NCBI GenBank assembly: GCA_964398115.1
Contig: CAYNLP010000007.1
Coordinates: forward strand, 1 to 39,835
Direction: 5' to 3'
From: an uncultured Methanosarcinales archaeon
GTDB taxonomy: Archaea > Nanobdellota > Nanobdellia > Woesearchaeales > CAYNLP01
Length of the DNA: 39,835 bases
Positions 9,460 through 17,924 of the stretch are shown here, in pieces. Below the pieces are notes generated by a model, which saw only the letters and a program-made list of their open reading frames with translations, did not search any database and was not told the DNA's origin. Within the stretch, counting starts at the first letter, position 1. Every line of letters begins with the position of its first letter. The translations under genes were made by a program, and so were the position numbers.

Positions 9460-10110
9460 ATGGCGGGAAACAAATACAAAGAAATGGATAAAATGAAGTA
9501 CTTCGCAGTACTTCTACTCACAATCATAATATTCGCTTCAGGAATCCTACTAGGCAACTACATCTCAGGAGAAAAAGCCGAACAACTAAACGAAGTACAG
9601 GAAAACATCAAATTAAGAACTCTCGGAGCAGAAACACAATTCCAACTCATGACAATGGACCCCTGCCAATTCATAAATAGCACACCTCTCACCCAAGACT
9701 TATATGAACTCTCGGAAAAACTAGACCACTTAGAAACACTGATGGGAAAAGACAGTGACCAAGTAAAAAGACTCAAAGAAAGATACAGCATACTAGAAAT
9801 AAGACACTGGCTTTACACTAAAAAAACTAATGAAGAGTGCGGAACCAACCACACACCCATACTCTACTTCTACAGCAACCAAGGAGACTGTGCAAAATGC
9901 GAGGAACAAGGATACGTATTAACCTATTTACGCAGAAAATACCCTAATTTAAGAGTTTACAGCTTCGACATCCACATGGAAAACCCAGCTTTAAACACTG
10001 TAAAAGACATCTACGACGTAAGACAACCCCCAACACTCATAGTAGGGTCTAGAGTATACCGAGAATTCCAAACACGAAATGACATGGAAAAAATCCTTGG
10101 AAAAGTTTAA
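9460..10110 (+). CDS. Membrane-anchored thioredoxin-fold protein
   Basis: N-terminal TM, helical region, ILYFYS...CAKC, cis-Pro-like QPPTLIV. Confidence 0.7.
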   Translation: MAGNKYKEMDKMKYFAVLLLTIIIFASGILLGNYISGEKAEQLNEVQENIKLRTLGAETQFQLMTMDPCQFINSTPLTQDLYELSEKLDHLETLMGKDSDQVKRLKERYSILEIRHWLYTKKTNEECGTNHTPILYFYSNQGDCAKCEEQGYVLTYLRRKYPNLRVYSFDIHMENPALNTVKDIYDVRQPPTLIVGSRVYREFQTRNDMEKILGKV

Positions 10111-10111
10111 T

Positions 10112-10567
10112 TCACTGGATTTGAACCATGTCCCCAATGGTCATACTCTTTGAAGTACTCTTTTGTTCCCTTTCAAGTTTCTCCTCATACTCGTCAACCA
10201 ATTCAATATCGAGAAACTTTTCAACCTTCCTAGCCAAGTCAATACTAGGCTCCATACGACCAGTTTCCAAATGATGAATCACACTTTCCTTCTCCCCAAT
10301 TTTATGAGCCATTTCTTCCTGCTTCAAACCACGGCTTTCCCTCTCAGACTTAATCATTTCCGGATAGCCATCTTTAATCACCGTGATAACTTTAGACCTT
10401 TCAGGCTCTTCCCTAACTTCAGACTTATCCTCTTTCTTTTCTTTAGCTTTGGTAACTTTAGAAATCACCTCTCCGTAATTAGAACAAGATTTACACACTT
10501 GCATCTCTGCACCTTCTAACTTCGTATTAAAGAGTTGTTCTTCAGAACCACACATATCGCAACGCAT
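10112..10567 (-). CDS. mbf1: Archaeal multiprotein bridging factor 1 (Zn ribbon + HTH)
   Basis: CDMCG...EGAEMQVCKSC Zn ribbon; RESRGLKQEEMA..IGEKESVI..LETG HTH; TIGD C-terminus. Confidence 0.92.
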   Translation of the reverse strand: MRCDMCGSEEQLFNTKLEGAEMQVCKSCSNYGEVISKVTKAKEKKEDKSEVREEPERSKVITVIKDGYPEMIKSERESRGLKQEEMAHKIGEKESVIHHLETGRMEPSIDLARKVEKFLDIELVDEYEEKLEREQKSTSKSMTIGDMVQIQ

Positions 10568-10613
10568 GATACACCCCCTTCTCCTATAACATTATAAATG
10601 GTGAAAAGAATAT

Positions 10614-11771
10614 TTAAGTGTTTGCCTCAATTTTCAAAATTACATATTCTAACTCTCCCGTCCGTATTTCATGCCACTCCTCCACAGAAAAACCATGCTT
10701 ATCAGCCGCCTCAACAAACAAATCCGTATGGATCATCAAAGCCACAATACAACCATCCTCAGATAAGACATAATCAGCTTGGTAAAACAACTCATCATAA
10801 ACTTCTTCTATATCATCTTCATCCTTGCTCTTAGTATTTTGAGGAGGTTGAGTCACAATAACATCCACCTCTCCCTCGTTAAATTCAGTATCTAACCATT
10901 CAACACCCACTTTGGAAAAATTAATTACTTCACTCATGCCTGCTATTTCAGCATTGTTCTTTCCATACTTCAAATTGTTCAAGTTAACATCAAAACCATT
11001 AACATCTAAACCAGACAAATCAGACCTAGAATTTATATTTCTAAACCACTCCATCCAATCCTCACCTTCCAATGGTTTCAAATTTTGAAAAGCGAAATCT
11101 CTATCACGAGCATGAACCGGAACCTTACTCGCATGATAAACCGCTTCTAACACTATAGGAGCAGAACCACAAAATGGGTCCAAAAACTTATCATCTTTTT
11201 CATACTCAGAAATCCTAACCAAAGAATAAGCAATATCACCTCTAACTGTCGTAGGATGTGAATAAACTTTGTAATTCCTCTGACTTAAATCTCTACCCGC
11301 AAAGTCAATCCCTAAACAGCAAAAATCATTTAACACATAACAGTAAAAAGTTACATCCGGCTCTTCTAAAGAAACACTAGGAGTAAAATCTAAACTTTCC
11401 TCAACCTCCTCAACAACCACGTCACCAAGAGACTTCTCAACCTCAGGACTATTAAAACCCTGCTCTCCCTGCCTATCACAAACAACCCTGAAATCAACAT
11501 CCTTACCTAACCATTTAGAAAAGTTAAAATCGTCAAAACAAGTACGAGATTTCTCAACCAAATCCTCCAAGTCTTCAAACTCAAAACTACCTATCTCCGC
11601 TAAAACTCTCGTGACAGACTGTCCAGTATAAGTAAATTCACAAACATCTAAAATGTCAGCTTCAAACCTGACACCACATTCAAGAACTTCGGTTTCCGCA
11701 TCGATCTTGTCCCTTATTTCGTCAGCGACGAACTCTTTTAATCCTTGGTCAGTCAAAGCAATCGCTTTCAT
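10614..11771 (-). CDS. THUMP-domain class I RNA methyltransferase (Trm14/RlmL-like)
   Basis: THUMP region, GIDFAGRDLSQRNY, LDPFCGSAPIVLEA SAM motif, TQPP; ATG at 11771. Confidence 0.85.
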   Translation of the reverse strand: MKAIALTDQGLKEFVADEIRDKIDAETEVLECGVRFEADILDVCEFTYTGQSVTRVLAEIGSFEFEDLEDLVEKSRTCFDDFNFSKWLGKDVDFRVVCDRQGEQGFNSPEVEKSLGDVVVEEVEESLDFTPSVSLEEPDVTFYCYVLNDFCCLGIDFAGRDLSQRNYKVYSHPTTVRGDIAYSLVRISEYEKDDKFLDPFCGSAPIVLEAVYHASKVPVHARDRDFAFQNLKPLEGEDWMEWFRNINSRSDLSGLDVNGFDVNLNNLKYGKNNAEIAGMSEVINFSKVGVEWLDTEFNEGEVDVIVTQPPQNTKSKDEDDIEEVYDELFYQADYVLSEDGCIVALMIHTDLFVEAADKHGFSVEEWHEIRTGELEYVILKIEANT

Positions 11772-11807
11772 GTTGAGAAATTGAAACAATGCCTTTATTA
11801 TAAATGT

Positions 11808-12521
11808 TTAGTACCGTACACCAGCCATGTTTTCCGCTAGTTCTGAAAACCTCTTAGAACTTTCACTATCAGGATGACTATGCACCACAGGATGTCTCAT
11901 CTTCAAAGAAGCTTTTATACTTTCATCATGCGGTATGACAGAAAGTACTGGAATGCCTAATTCACTCTGAACCTCATCAACGTTATGCTCATATTCTTTA
12001 TCCTCCGCCATGTTAACAATAACTCCAAGAACATGTTTTCCAAGATCCCTAGCCACATCCAACGTTTTCTTAGCATCTTCAACGCTAGCATGATCAGGAG
12101 TAGTCACAATCAAAATTTCATCACTAACCTCCAAAGGTATTACCGACTCTCTTCCAAAACCAGGAGCGCTGTCAACCACTATCGTATCAGCATGCTCATC
12201 TAAATCCATCAACGCATTCTTGAAACCCTCATGATGAGGATACTTCAAATGATCCATCTCAGTCACGGTAGGGACAATTCTCAAACCACTAACGTGTTTG
12301 TGAACAATCTGGCTAGGATGAACTTTGTCTCGAATAGCATCTTGCAAACTCTTCTGAACGTTTTTAGCACCTAGATGGAGGTGTACATGAGGAGTGGACA
12401 AGTTGCCATCTACAAGAATCACGTCTTCCCCCTTTTCGTGTAGACTAGTAGCTAAATTTACAGCGGTGGTTGTCTTACCCACCCCGCCCTTTCCGCTACT
12501 AATGCAGATGTGACGCGTCAT
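11808..12521 (-). CDS. minD: MinD/ParA-family ATPase (archaeal MinD-like)
   Basis: SGKGGVGKTT deviant Walker A, LVDGNL, VDSAPG, LGVIVN, VIPHD. Confidence 0.85.
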   Translation of the reverse strand: MTRHICISSGKGGVGKTTTAVNLATSLHEKGEDVILVDGNLSTPHVHLHLGAKNVQKSLQDAIRDKVHPSQIVHKHVSGLRIVPTVTEMDHLKYPHHEGFKNALMDLDEHADTIVVDSAPGFGRESVIPLEVSDEILIVTTPDHASVEDAKKTLDVARDLGKHVLGVIVNMAEDKEYEHNVDEVQSELGIPVLSVIPHDESIKASLKMRHPVVHSHPDSESSKRFSELAENMAGVRY

Positions 12522-12529
12522 ACTATTAT

Positions 12530-13018
12530 TTATTCCTCTTCTTCTTTATTTAAATATTCCTCAACCATATCATTCACGTAATCGTAAAAATCAGTTAGGA
12601 AATTGTAATATTCTTCAGCAATGTCGATATTTACAACCTCCTCCCTTCCGTCCACAAAAGTACGCAAAGTAACATGTCTTCTATACTCTTTTTCTCTCTG
12701 CGGCTTGCTGTTATGAATTTTCCTCAACAAATCATAAAGTTCAACATTATCCTTGATTTTATCATCGTCTTCAAAGTTTTCAATAACCGTCTTAGCCCTT
12801 TTCTGAGGAGCTTCCGGCACTTCCATAATTTTATGCTGATCTTCTAACATTCTCAGAAGAGTTTCAATCAGACGATCATATGCTTGAATCATACGATTGA
12901 GAGTGTTTAAAATAACATCTACTGTCCTTGTATACTTCAAACTGACAAAAAGCAAATGATCAGCTCTCTTCAGTTCTTCATTCGCGTCCTCTAAAGATTC
13001 TTTCAGATTCACTGACAA
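12530..13018 (-). CDS. Hypothetical helical protein (possible HEPN-like fold)
   Basis: A.EELKRADHLL.V pattern shared with adjacent gene; GGTGG RBS before TTG. Confidence 0.6.
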   Translation of the reverse strand: MSVNLKESLEDANEELKRADHLLFVSLKYTRTVDVILNTLNRMIQAYDRLIETLLRMLEDQHKIMEVPEAPQKRAKTVIENFEDDDKIKDNVELYDLLRKIHNSKPQREKEYRRHVTLRTFVDGREEVVNIDIAEEYYNFLTDFYDYVNDMVEEYLNKEEEE

Positions 13019-13472
13019 CTTTATCCACCTTTTCTACAAATTTTTTAGCTGTTTGAACATCTTCCTTCAGCTTCTCTTCACTGACAGTCTTCATATCATA
13101 ATCGTCATCACAAAGCACGAATTTCTCCCCTCTTTGGAACTCTACAGGGCCCTCTTCGTGATAACCTAAAACTTCTCTTAACCTCTTAATAGTCTCAACT
13201 TGTTCCTCTTTAAAACCGTGCTTGGGTGCAACTTCTGACTTAAAAATTTGATACTTCGGTTCGAAACTTTCTGGGAGAGTTGACAAATTCTTGAACAAAT
13301 GCTCATATTCTAACACAGACTGCATACCTTGTTCAAATGATGTATACAAGTTTTGAACAGCACTCAACAACAGTTTAGGGTCTTCAACTAATGGTTTAGT
13401 AACGTTAAGAAAATGATCAGCGATTTCAAGTCTTTTCTTCGCTTCATCTCTACACTTCTGAAACTCTTCCAT
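12978..13472 (-). CDS. Hypothetical helical protein (possible HEPN-like fold), probable paralog of neighbour
   Basis: A.KRLEIADHFL.V N-terminus; EFQR versus EYRR near C-terminus; similar length. Confidence 0.6.
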   Translation of the reverse strand: MEEFQKCRDEAKKRLEIADHFLNVTKPLVEDPKLLLSAVQNLYTSFEQGMQSVLEYEHLFKNLSTLPESFEPKYQIFKSEVAPKHGFKEEQVETIKRLREVLGYHEEGPVEFQRGEKFVLCDDDYDMKTVSEEKLKEDVQTAKKFVEKVDKVVSESERIFRGRE

Positions 13473-13518
13473 TGGATTAAAGGCACACGTGATTAACTTA
13501 TAAAAACTTGTCGGACAC

Positions 13519-13857
13519 TCACCCTTTCAAGTTCATAATTGCTTCTGCTAAATCACCATTTGCATCTTCAATAGCTTCCTTAGCTCTCTCTTCAGAAACC
13601 CCTGTTTGGTCTACTACTGTTTCAACATCCTCATCTGAAATGCTGGGAGAAACATCCAAAGATTCTCTCTTAAACTTACCCGTTACTTGAAAACTTTTCT
13701 GACCCATCATATCAACTTTTGCAACGCCAGGATCTTTAAAGATTATCTTCTCTTCAGGAGTTTTGATAACAACCTCTGTCGCTTCAATCTCTTCTTGCTC
13801 GATACCCATTTGTTTCATCGCTCTCTTCATCTGTTTGTTGTTCATGTTTGGAAGCAT
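13519..13857 (-). CDS. nac: Nascent polypeptide-associated complex protein (archaeal NAC)
   Basis: QMKRAMKQMGI..EEIEA.EVVI NAC domain; UBA-like DVETVVDQTGVSEERA..A....NGDLAEAIM. Confidence 0.95.
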   Translation of the reverse strand: MLPNMNNKQMKRAMKQMGIEQEEIEATEVVIKTPEEKIIFKDPGVAKVDMMGQKSFQVTGKFKRESLDVSPSISDEDVETVVDQTGVSEERAKEAIEDANGDLAEAIMNLKG

Positions 13858-13869
13858 ATTATCACCTTT

Positions 13870-14046
13870 TTAAATTCCTAAGAGTGCATTCCCGTAGACG
13901 TGTAACAATATAACAATTACACAGACTAAAATTACTAACATGATGACGTGTCCAGGCTGCATGGTAATAGTCGTTTCATAATCGTCAAAGTACTGTGTGA
14001 TACCTGCAGTGGACATCGGCATGCTAACTTTATCATCATTTGCCAT
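13870..14046 (-). CDS. secG: Preprotein translocase subunit Sec61beta (58 aa, not in ORF track)
   Basis: MANDDKVSMPMSTAGITQYFDDYETTITMQPGHVIMLVILVCVIVILLHVYGNALLGI*; AG..xYF..., xP..V and TM tail match archaeal Sec61beta. Confidence 0.88.
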   Translation of the reverse strand: MANDDKVSMPMSTAGITQYFDDYETTITMQPGHVIMLVILVCVIVILLHVYGNALLGI

Positions 14047-14075
14047 TTTTACAATTGGTAGGTAAGCAACTTTAA

Positions 14076-14113
14076 TTTATAAAGGTTTCCGGAAACCCCC
14101 AAGAATTTATAAA
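14076..14113. promoter_or_regulatory. Back-to-back TATA boxes flanking a 14-bp palindrome
   Basis: TTTATAAA at 14076-14083 and 14106-14113; GGTTTCCGGAAACC at 14084-14097; between divergent genes. Confidence 0.6.
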
Positions 14114-14137
14114 CCACGTTTTTATTCCTAACTTGTG

Positions 14138-14986
14138 ATGAGAAAAACACACTTGATTTTATCATTGGCGCTGGTTCTTATTCTCACAGCTTGTGGGGGA
14201 CAACAAAGTAATCAAGTTCAAACAGCTTCTATGAACGATACAGTAGTTTTTGAATACGTTGCCAAACTACCTAATGGTACCGTAGTAGACACTAACAAAC
14301 CACAGATAGCGCAACAACACGGCATTCAAAAAGAACAATTCCAACCCTTAACTATAACTCTAGGAGAAGGACAAGTGGTTCCGGGATTAGAAAGAGCTAT
14401 TGTAGGAATGAAAGCAGGAGAATCTAAAGAAGTAACACTTCAACCATCAGAAGCGTACGGTGAAAAACAAGGGGAGAAAATAATGACTGTAAATAGGAAT
14501 CAAACAGTTAATCGAACCATGACTATGCAAAGATACGTAAACGCTACCATGCAACAATTAAGTCAAGTAAGTAACGAAACAAGTGTTGGAAGCACTGTAG
14601 AAGTGAATGATTTATCCTACGAAATAATAAGTAAAAGTGGCAACCAAGCAAGGTTGAGAATAGACGTAGAAGAAGGCGACCAAGTACAACTACCCCAACT
14701 ACCTTGGAACAGTACCGTTATAGATGTGGATGACAACACATACGAGATAAGGCAAGATCCACAAAATGGTAGTATGATGCGAACACAGTTCGGACCTGTA
14801 AGGATTACCAGAAACGAAGATACCTTAACTCGAAGGCTCATGGTAGAAGAAGGAGGTCAGATCAGAACACCTCAAGGACTGGGTAAAGTAGTGAACGTAA
14901 CCCACGATGAAGTAACTATTGATTTCAACCATCCACTCGCTGGGAAAACTTTGACTTTCCAGATAGACCTTATGGAAATTCAATAA
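14138..14986 (+). CDS. FKBP-type peptidyl-prolyl isomerase (SlyD-like) with lipoprotein-type signal and long insertion
   Basis: LTAC lipobox; G.VVDTN, LG.GQVVPGLE.AIVGM..GE.KEV...P.EAYG, IDFNHPLAGKTL.F. Confidence 0.9.
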   Translation: MRKTHLILSLALVLILTACGGQQSNQVQTASMNDTVVFEYVAKLPNGTVVDTNKPQIAQQHGIQKEQFQPLTITLGEGQVVPGLERAIVGMKAGESKEVTLQPSEAYGEKQGEKIMTVNRNQTVNRTMTMQRYVNATMQQLSQVSNETSVGSTVEVNDLSYEIISKSGNQARLRIDVEEGDQVQLPQLPWNSTVIDVDDNTYEIRQDPQNGSMMRTQFGPVRITRNEDTLTRRLMVEEGGQIRTPQGLGKVVNVTHDEVTIDFNHPLAGKTLTFQIDLMEIQ

Positions 14987-15034
14987 AAACAATTTTTTCA
15001 AAAAATTTCTTAGGACACGTTAGAAAAAATGTGT

Positions 15035-15374
15035 GTAGGACGGGTATAAGCCCGATTCTGTCAGACCTCCAAGAGTGGAGAGGGTCTGTCTCGACATTCT
15101 ACTAAGCGTCTAACACCGACTTGCACCAGCCAGTTCTCGCCGTTTCAACCATTCCACGAGAGACGTCGACAGGTTAACTCAGCTCCGTCTCCGGAAGCCT
15201 TCAACTGTCTCATCCCATTTTCTCGTGGGGGTCTCGTTTCTGCGCGGTTTACGCCCCTTTCAGGACCCTGCTCTCGCAGGTGGCCAAATAAGTGGTGTCG
15301 GGACTTTCCTAAGCAGACAAGTCTTCCCTTCTCAGAAAGACTTGTCATATACCTGCTGTCGAGCCCCGTCCTAC
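15035..15374 (-). ncRNA. rnpB: RNase P RNA
   Basis: P1 GTAGGACGGG/CCCGTCCTAC; P2 CTCGACA/TGTCGAG; AGGAAAGTCCCGA pairing with ACAGAATCGGGCTTA (P4); GCAGAAACG and TGAAACG conserved regions; GGTGCAAG; upstream TTTATAAA (15397-15404) and downstream T-run. Confidence 0.95.
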
Positions 15375-15407
15375 CCTTAAATTACAAGTTTGAGAATTTA
15401 TAAAACT

Positions 15408-15911
15408 TTAGCACGTCTTCAAATAAGCTCTTGTACCATCATAAGTGACTTCTAAAACGTCGCCGCTCTCACATGTGCTGTTGAAAAACATTTTACAAGT
15501 GTAGCCAGAATCTATTTTCCCTTCAATGACACATCCTTCATCCATAACTTTCCTATTCTTAGTCAGGGTGAAAAGTGAAGAATTCAAAGAAGAACGGCCG
15601 TCATTAACAACTATGAGATACCCACTTTCATTAGTTTCTTCATCAAACTCTTGAAACTCATCTTCCTCGATATCTCCTACTCTTTGAATTTTTTCATTTA
15701 ACTTTTCCATGCATTCTGTCATCTTGTCAAAATCGTCAGGTCGCGCCCTGCAAATCTCTTTAATGTTACTAAAGTATTCATAAACTTCGCCTGAGAGTCT
15801 TTCTGCTTTTTCTATTTTAGAACTTTTTGACGCGTTACTAACGAAAAGAAATCCTGTTACGAATATCAATAGAACAAATATTATTGCAAAAACTAGTCTC
15901 AAATTTGCCAT
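15408..15911 (-). CDS. Hypothetical membrane-anchored protein
   Basis: N-terminal TM; six Cys in the predicted extracytoplasmic part; no recognised family. Confidence 0.6.
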   Translation of the reverse strand: MANLRLVFAIIFVLLIFVTGFLFVSNASKSSKIEKAERLSGEVYEYFSNIKEICRARPDDFDKMTECMEKLNEKIQRVGDIEEDEFQEFDEETNESGYLIVVNDGRSSLNSSLFTLTKNRKVMDEGCVIEGKIDSGYTCKMFFNSTCESGDVLEVTYDGTRAYLKTC

Positions 15912-15951
15912 ACGCTCACTTTATGTTCTATTTTGTAATAAATCTTTTCAT

Positions 15952-16353
15952 TTATTTTTCCATGACTGTCACTTCAATATTTCTATTACCTCTTGGACCA
16001 TCCAGTTCTACAAGCATAACTGATTGCCACCTTCCAAGTTTTAACTCACCTTGCCTTACAGGGATTGTTTCACCCGCGCCTATAGTCGCCGCTAAGATGT
16101 GGCTTTGAGCGTTTCCATCAACTTGGTCGTGTTCGTAATTGTTGTGTTCTGGAATGGCTTTATTCCACGCTTTAAACACGTCTTGAGGTATGTCCTCATC
16201 CCAATTTTCATTTATTATGATCCCAGCTGTACTGTGCAGGGCAAATACGTGACATATTCCTTCATCAATATTGCTTTTCTTAACAAGTTTATTCACTTTG
16301 TCTGTGATGTCGATCATTTCCTGATGTTCAGAAGTGCTTATCGTTAATTTCAT
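15952..16353 (-). CDS. yjbQ: YjbQ/UPF0047 family protein
   Basis: IDIT, HSTAGIIINEN, YEHD..DGNAQSHI, LGRWQ.V.LVELDGPR; likely start ATG 16353. Confidence 0.92.
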   Translation of the reverse strand: MKLTISTSEHQEMIDITDKVNKLVKKSNIDEGICHVFALHSTAGIIINENWDEDIPQDVFKAWNKAIPEHNNYEHDQVDGNAQSHILAATIGAGETIPVRQGELKLGRWQSVMLVELDGPRGNRNIEVTVMEK

Positions 16354-16400
16354 ATTGTCTGGAAAAACTTTTGAAGTTAAAAAGAATTGCGGTTCAAGCA

Positions 16401-16422
16401 TATTTATTGTCCATATTGAAAA
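16401..16422 (+). repeat. 22-bp dispersed intergenic motif, copy 3 (TATTTATTGTCCATATTGAAAA)
   Basis: 21/22 identity to copy 1; between divergent yjbQ and gnd. Confidence 0.85.
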
Positions 16423-16475
16423 TAAATATTTGTTAAACACAACTTTTTTATTCCAACAAAACCCGAACAGAAAAT

Positions 16476-17924
16476 ATGATAAACAAAATAGGCATGATTG
16501 GCCTCGGTGCCATGGGAAAAAGCCTTTCTCTAAACATCCAAAACAACGGCTACGAAGTAATAGCCTTCGACATTGATGAAAATGCAAGAAAAAGAGCAGA
16601 AGAACTAGGAATAGACACAGCAAATAGCAATGCAGAACTAGCAGAAAGTTTTAACGGAAGAAAAGCAATCTGGTTAATGGTACCACCCAGCATCGTTGAC
16701 AACGTCTTAGAAGAACTAGACCCCCACCTACAAGAAGGAGATATAATAATAGAAGGAGGAAACAGTCACTTCAAAAACACAGAAGAAAGAGTAAAATGGG
16801 CAGAAGAAAGAAATCTACAATTCCTAGGAACTGGGGTATCAGGAGGAGAAGAAGGAGCACTACAAGGGCCATCCATAATGCCCGGCGGACACAAACAAGC
16901 ATACGAATCAATACAACACATACTAGAAGATGTAGCTGCCGAAGCCAACGGAGAACCCTGCGTCACATACCTCGGAAAAGGAGGTGCAGGACACTTCGTC
17001 AAAATGGTACACAACGGAATAGAATATGGGATAATGCAAAGCATAACAGAAGCATACCACATCATGCAAGAAGGCTTAGAAATGAGTTACAAAGAAATCC
17101 ATCAACACTTCAGCCAATGGGCAGAAAGCAGACTCGGCGGATATCTCATGGAAATCAACGCCGACATAATGAACACCATCGACGAAAAAACAGGGAATCC
17201 AATTGTAGAATCAATCCTTGATACAGCCAAACACAAAGGAACAGGAAAGTGGACTAGCCAAACAGCCTACGATATGGGCGTGCCCGTACACGGAATAAGC
17301 TCAGCAGTTCTATCAAGAATACTATCAGCCTATAGAGAAATGAGAGACGACGCCAGTGAAAAATTCAATTATGAAGGAAGTGCAGAACTAACCTACAAAG
17401 AAGTAGAACAAGCACTGTTCAGCTCAGTACTGATGAACTACGCACAAGGATTCCACGTCTTACAAAGAGCAAAAGAAGAATACGATTATGACCTAAACCT
17501 AAAAGACATAGCAGCTATTTGGAGAGCTGGATGTATAATAAGAAGTGTACAACTCCAACCAATAATGGAAGTTTTCTCACAAAATCCCAACTTACAAAAC
17601 ATACTCTTATCAGATCAATTCAGCAAAAAAATAAATGAAAGCACAAAAGGACTTAGAAAAACAGTGTCCGCAACAGCTCAGATGGGCATTCCCATCCCAG
17701 ACATGTCACACCAACTAGCCTACTACGACAGCTTAAGAAGAGGAAGACTACCAACCGCCAGTTTAATACAGGCTATGAGAGATTACTTCGGAAGCCACAC
17801 ATATCGGAGGATAGACGAAGAAGGAGACTTCCACACCTTATGGACAGAAGACAAAAAAGAAATAACAAAAGAAGACACGACAGAGTACTACCAGAAAAAA
17901 GCTAAAAAACATTCAGAAAAATGA
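16476..17924 (+). CDS. gnd: 6-phosphogluconate dehydrogenase, decarboxylating (long GndA type)
   Basis: GLGAMG, GGNS, GVSGGEEGA..GPSIMPGG, GHFVKMVHNGIEY, KGTGKWT, WRAGCIIRS, QAMRDYFGSHTY. Confidence 0.97.
   Translation: MINKIGMIGLGAMGKSLSLNIQNNGYEVIAFDIDENARKRAEELGIDTANSNAELAESFNGRKAIWLMVPPSIVDNVLEELDPHLQEGDIIIEGGNSHFKNTEERVKWAEERNLQFLGTGVSGGEEGALQGPSIMPGGHKQAYESIQHILEDVAAEANGEPCVTYLGKGGAGHFVKMVHNGIEYGIMQSITEAYHIMQEGLEMSYKEIHQHFSQWAESRLGGYLMEINADIMNTIDEKTGNPIVESILDTAKHKGTGKWTSQTAYDMGVPVHGISSAVLSRILSAYREMRDDASEKFNYEGSAELTYKEVEQALFSSVLMNYAQGFHVLQRAKEEYDYDLNLKDIAAIWRAGCIIRSVQLQPIMEVFSQNPNLQNILLSDQFSKKINESTKGLRKTVSATAQMGIPIPDMSHQLAYYDSLRRGRLPTASLIQAMRDYFGSHTYRRIDEEGDFHTLWTEDKKEITKEDTTEYYQKKAKKHSEK

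Noticed and set aside
6310..9791. Many overlapping alternative-frame and antisense ORFs (also 16766-21984 and 24694-29880)
   Set aside because: Shadow ORFs expected from biased composition that makes stop codons rare; no recognisable motifs.
15145..15348. 67-aa ORF on minus strand
   Set aside because: Lies entirely inside the RNase P RNA gene.
16354..16623. N-terminal extension of the YjbQ ORF
   Set aside because: Overlaps gnd antisense and the promoter region; recognisable YjbQ sequence starts at ATG 16353.
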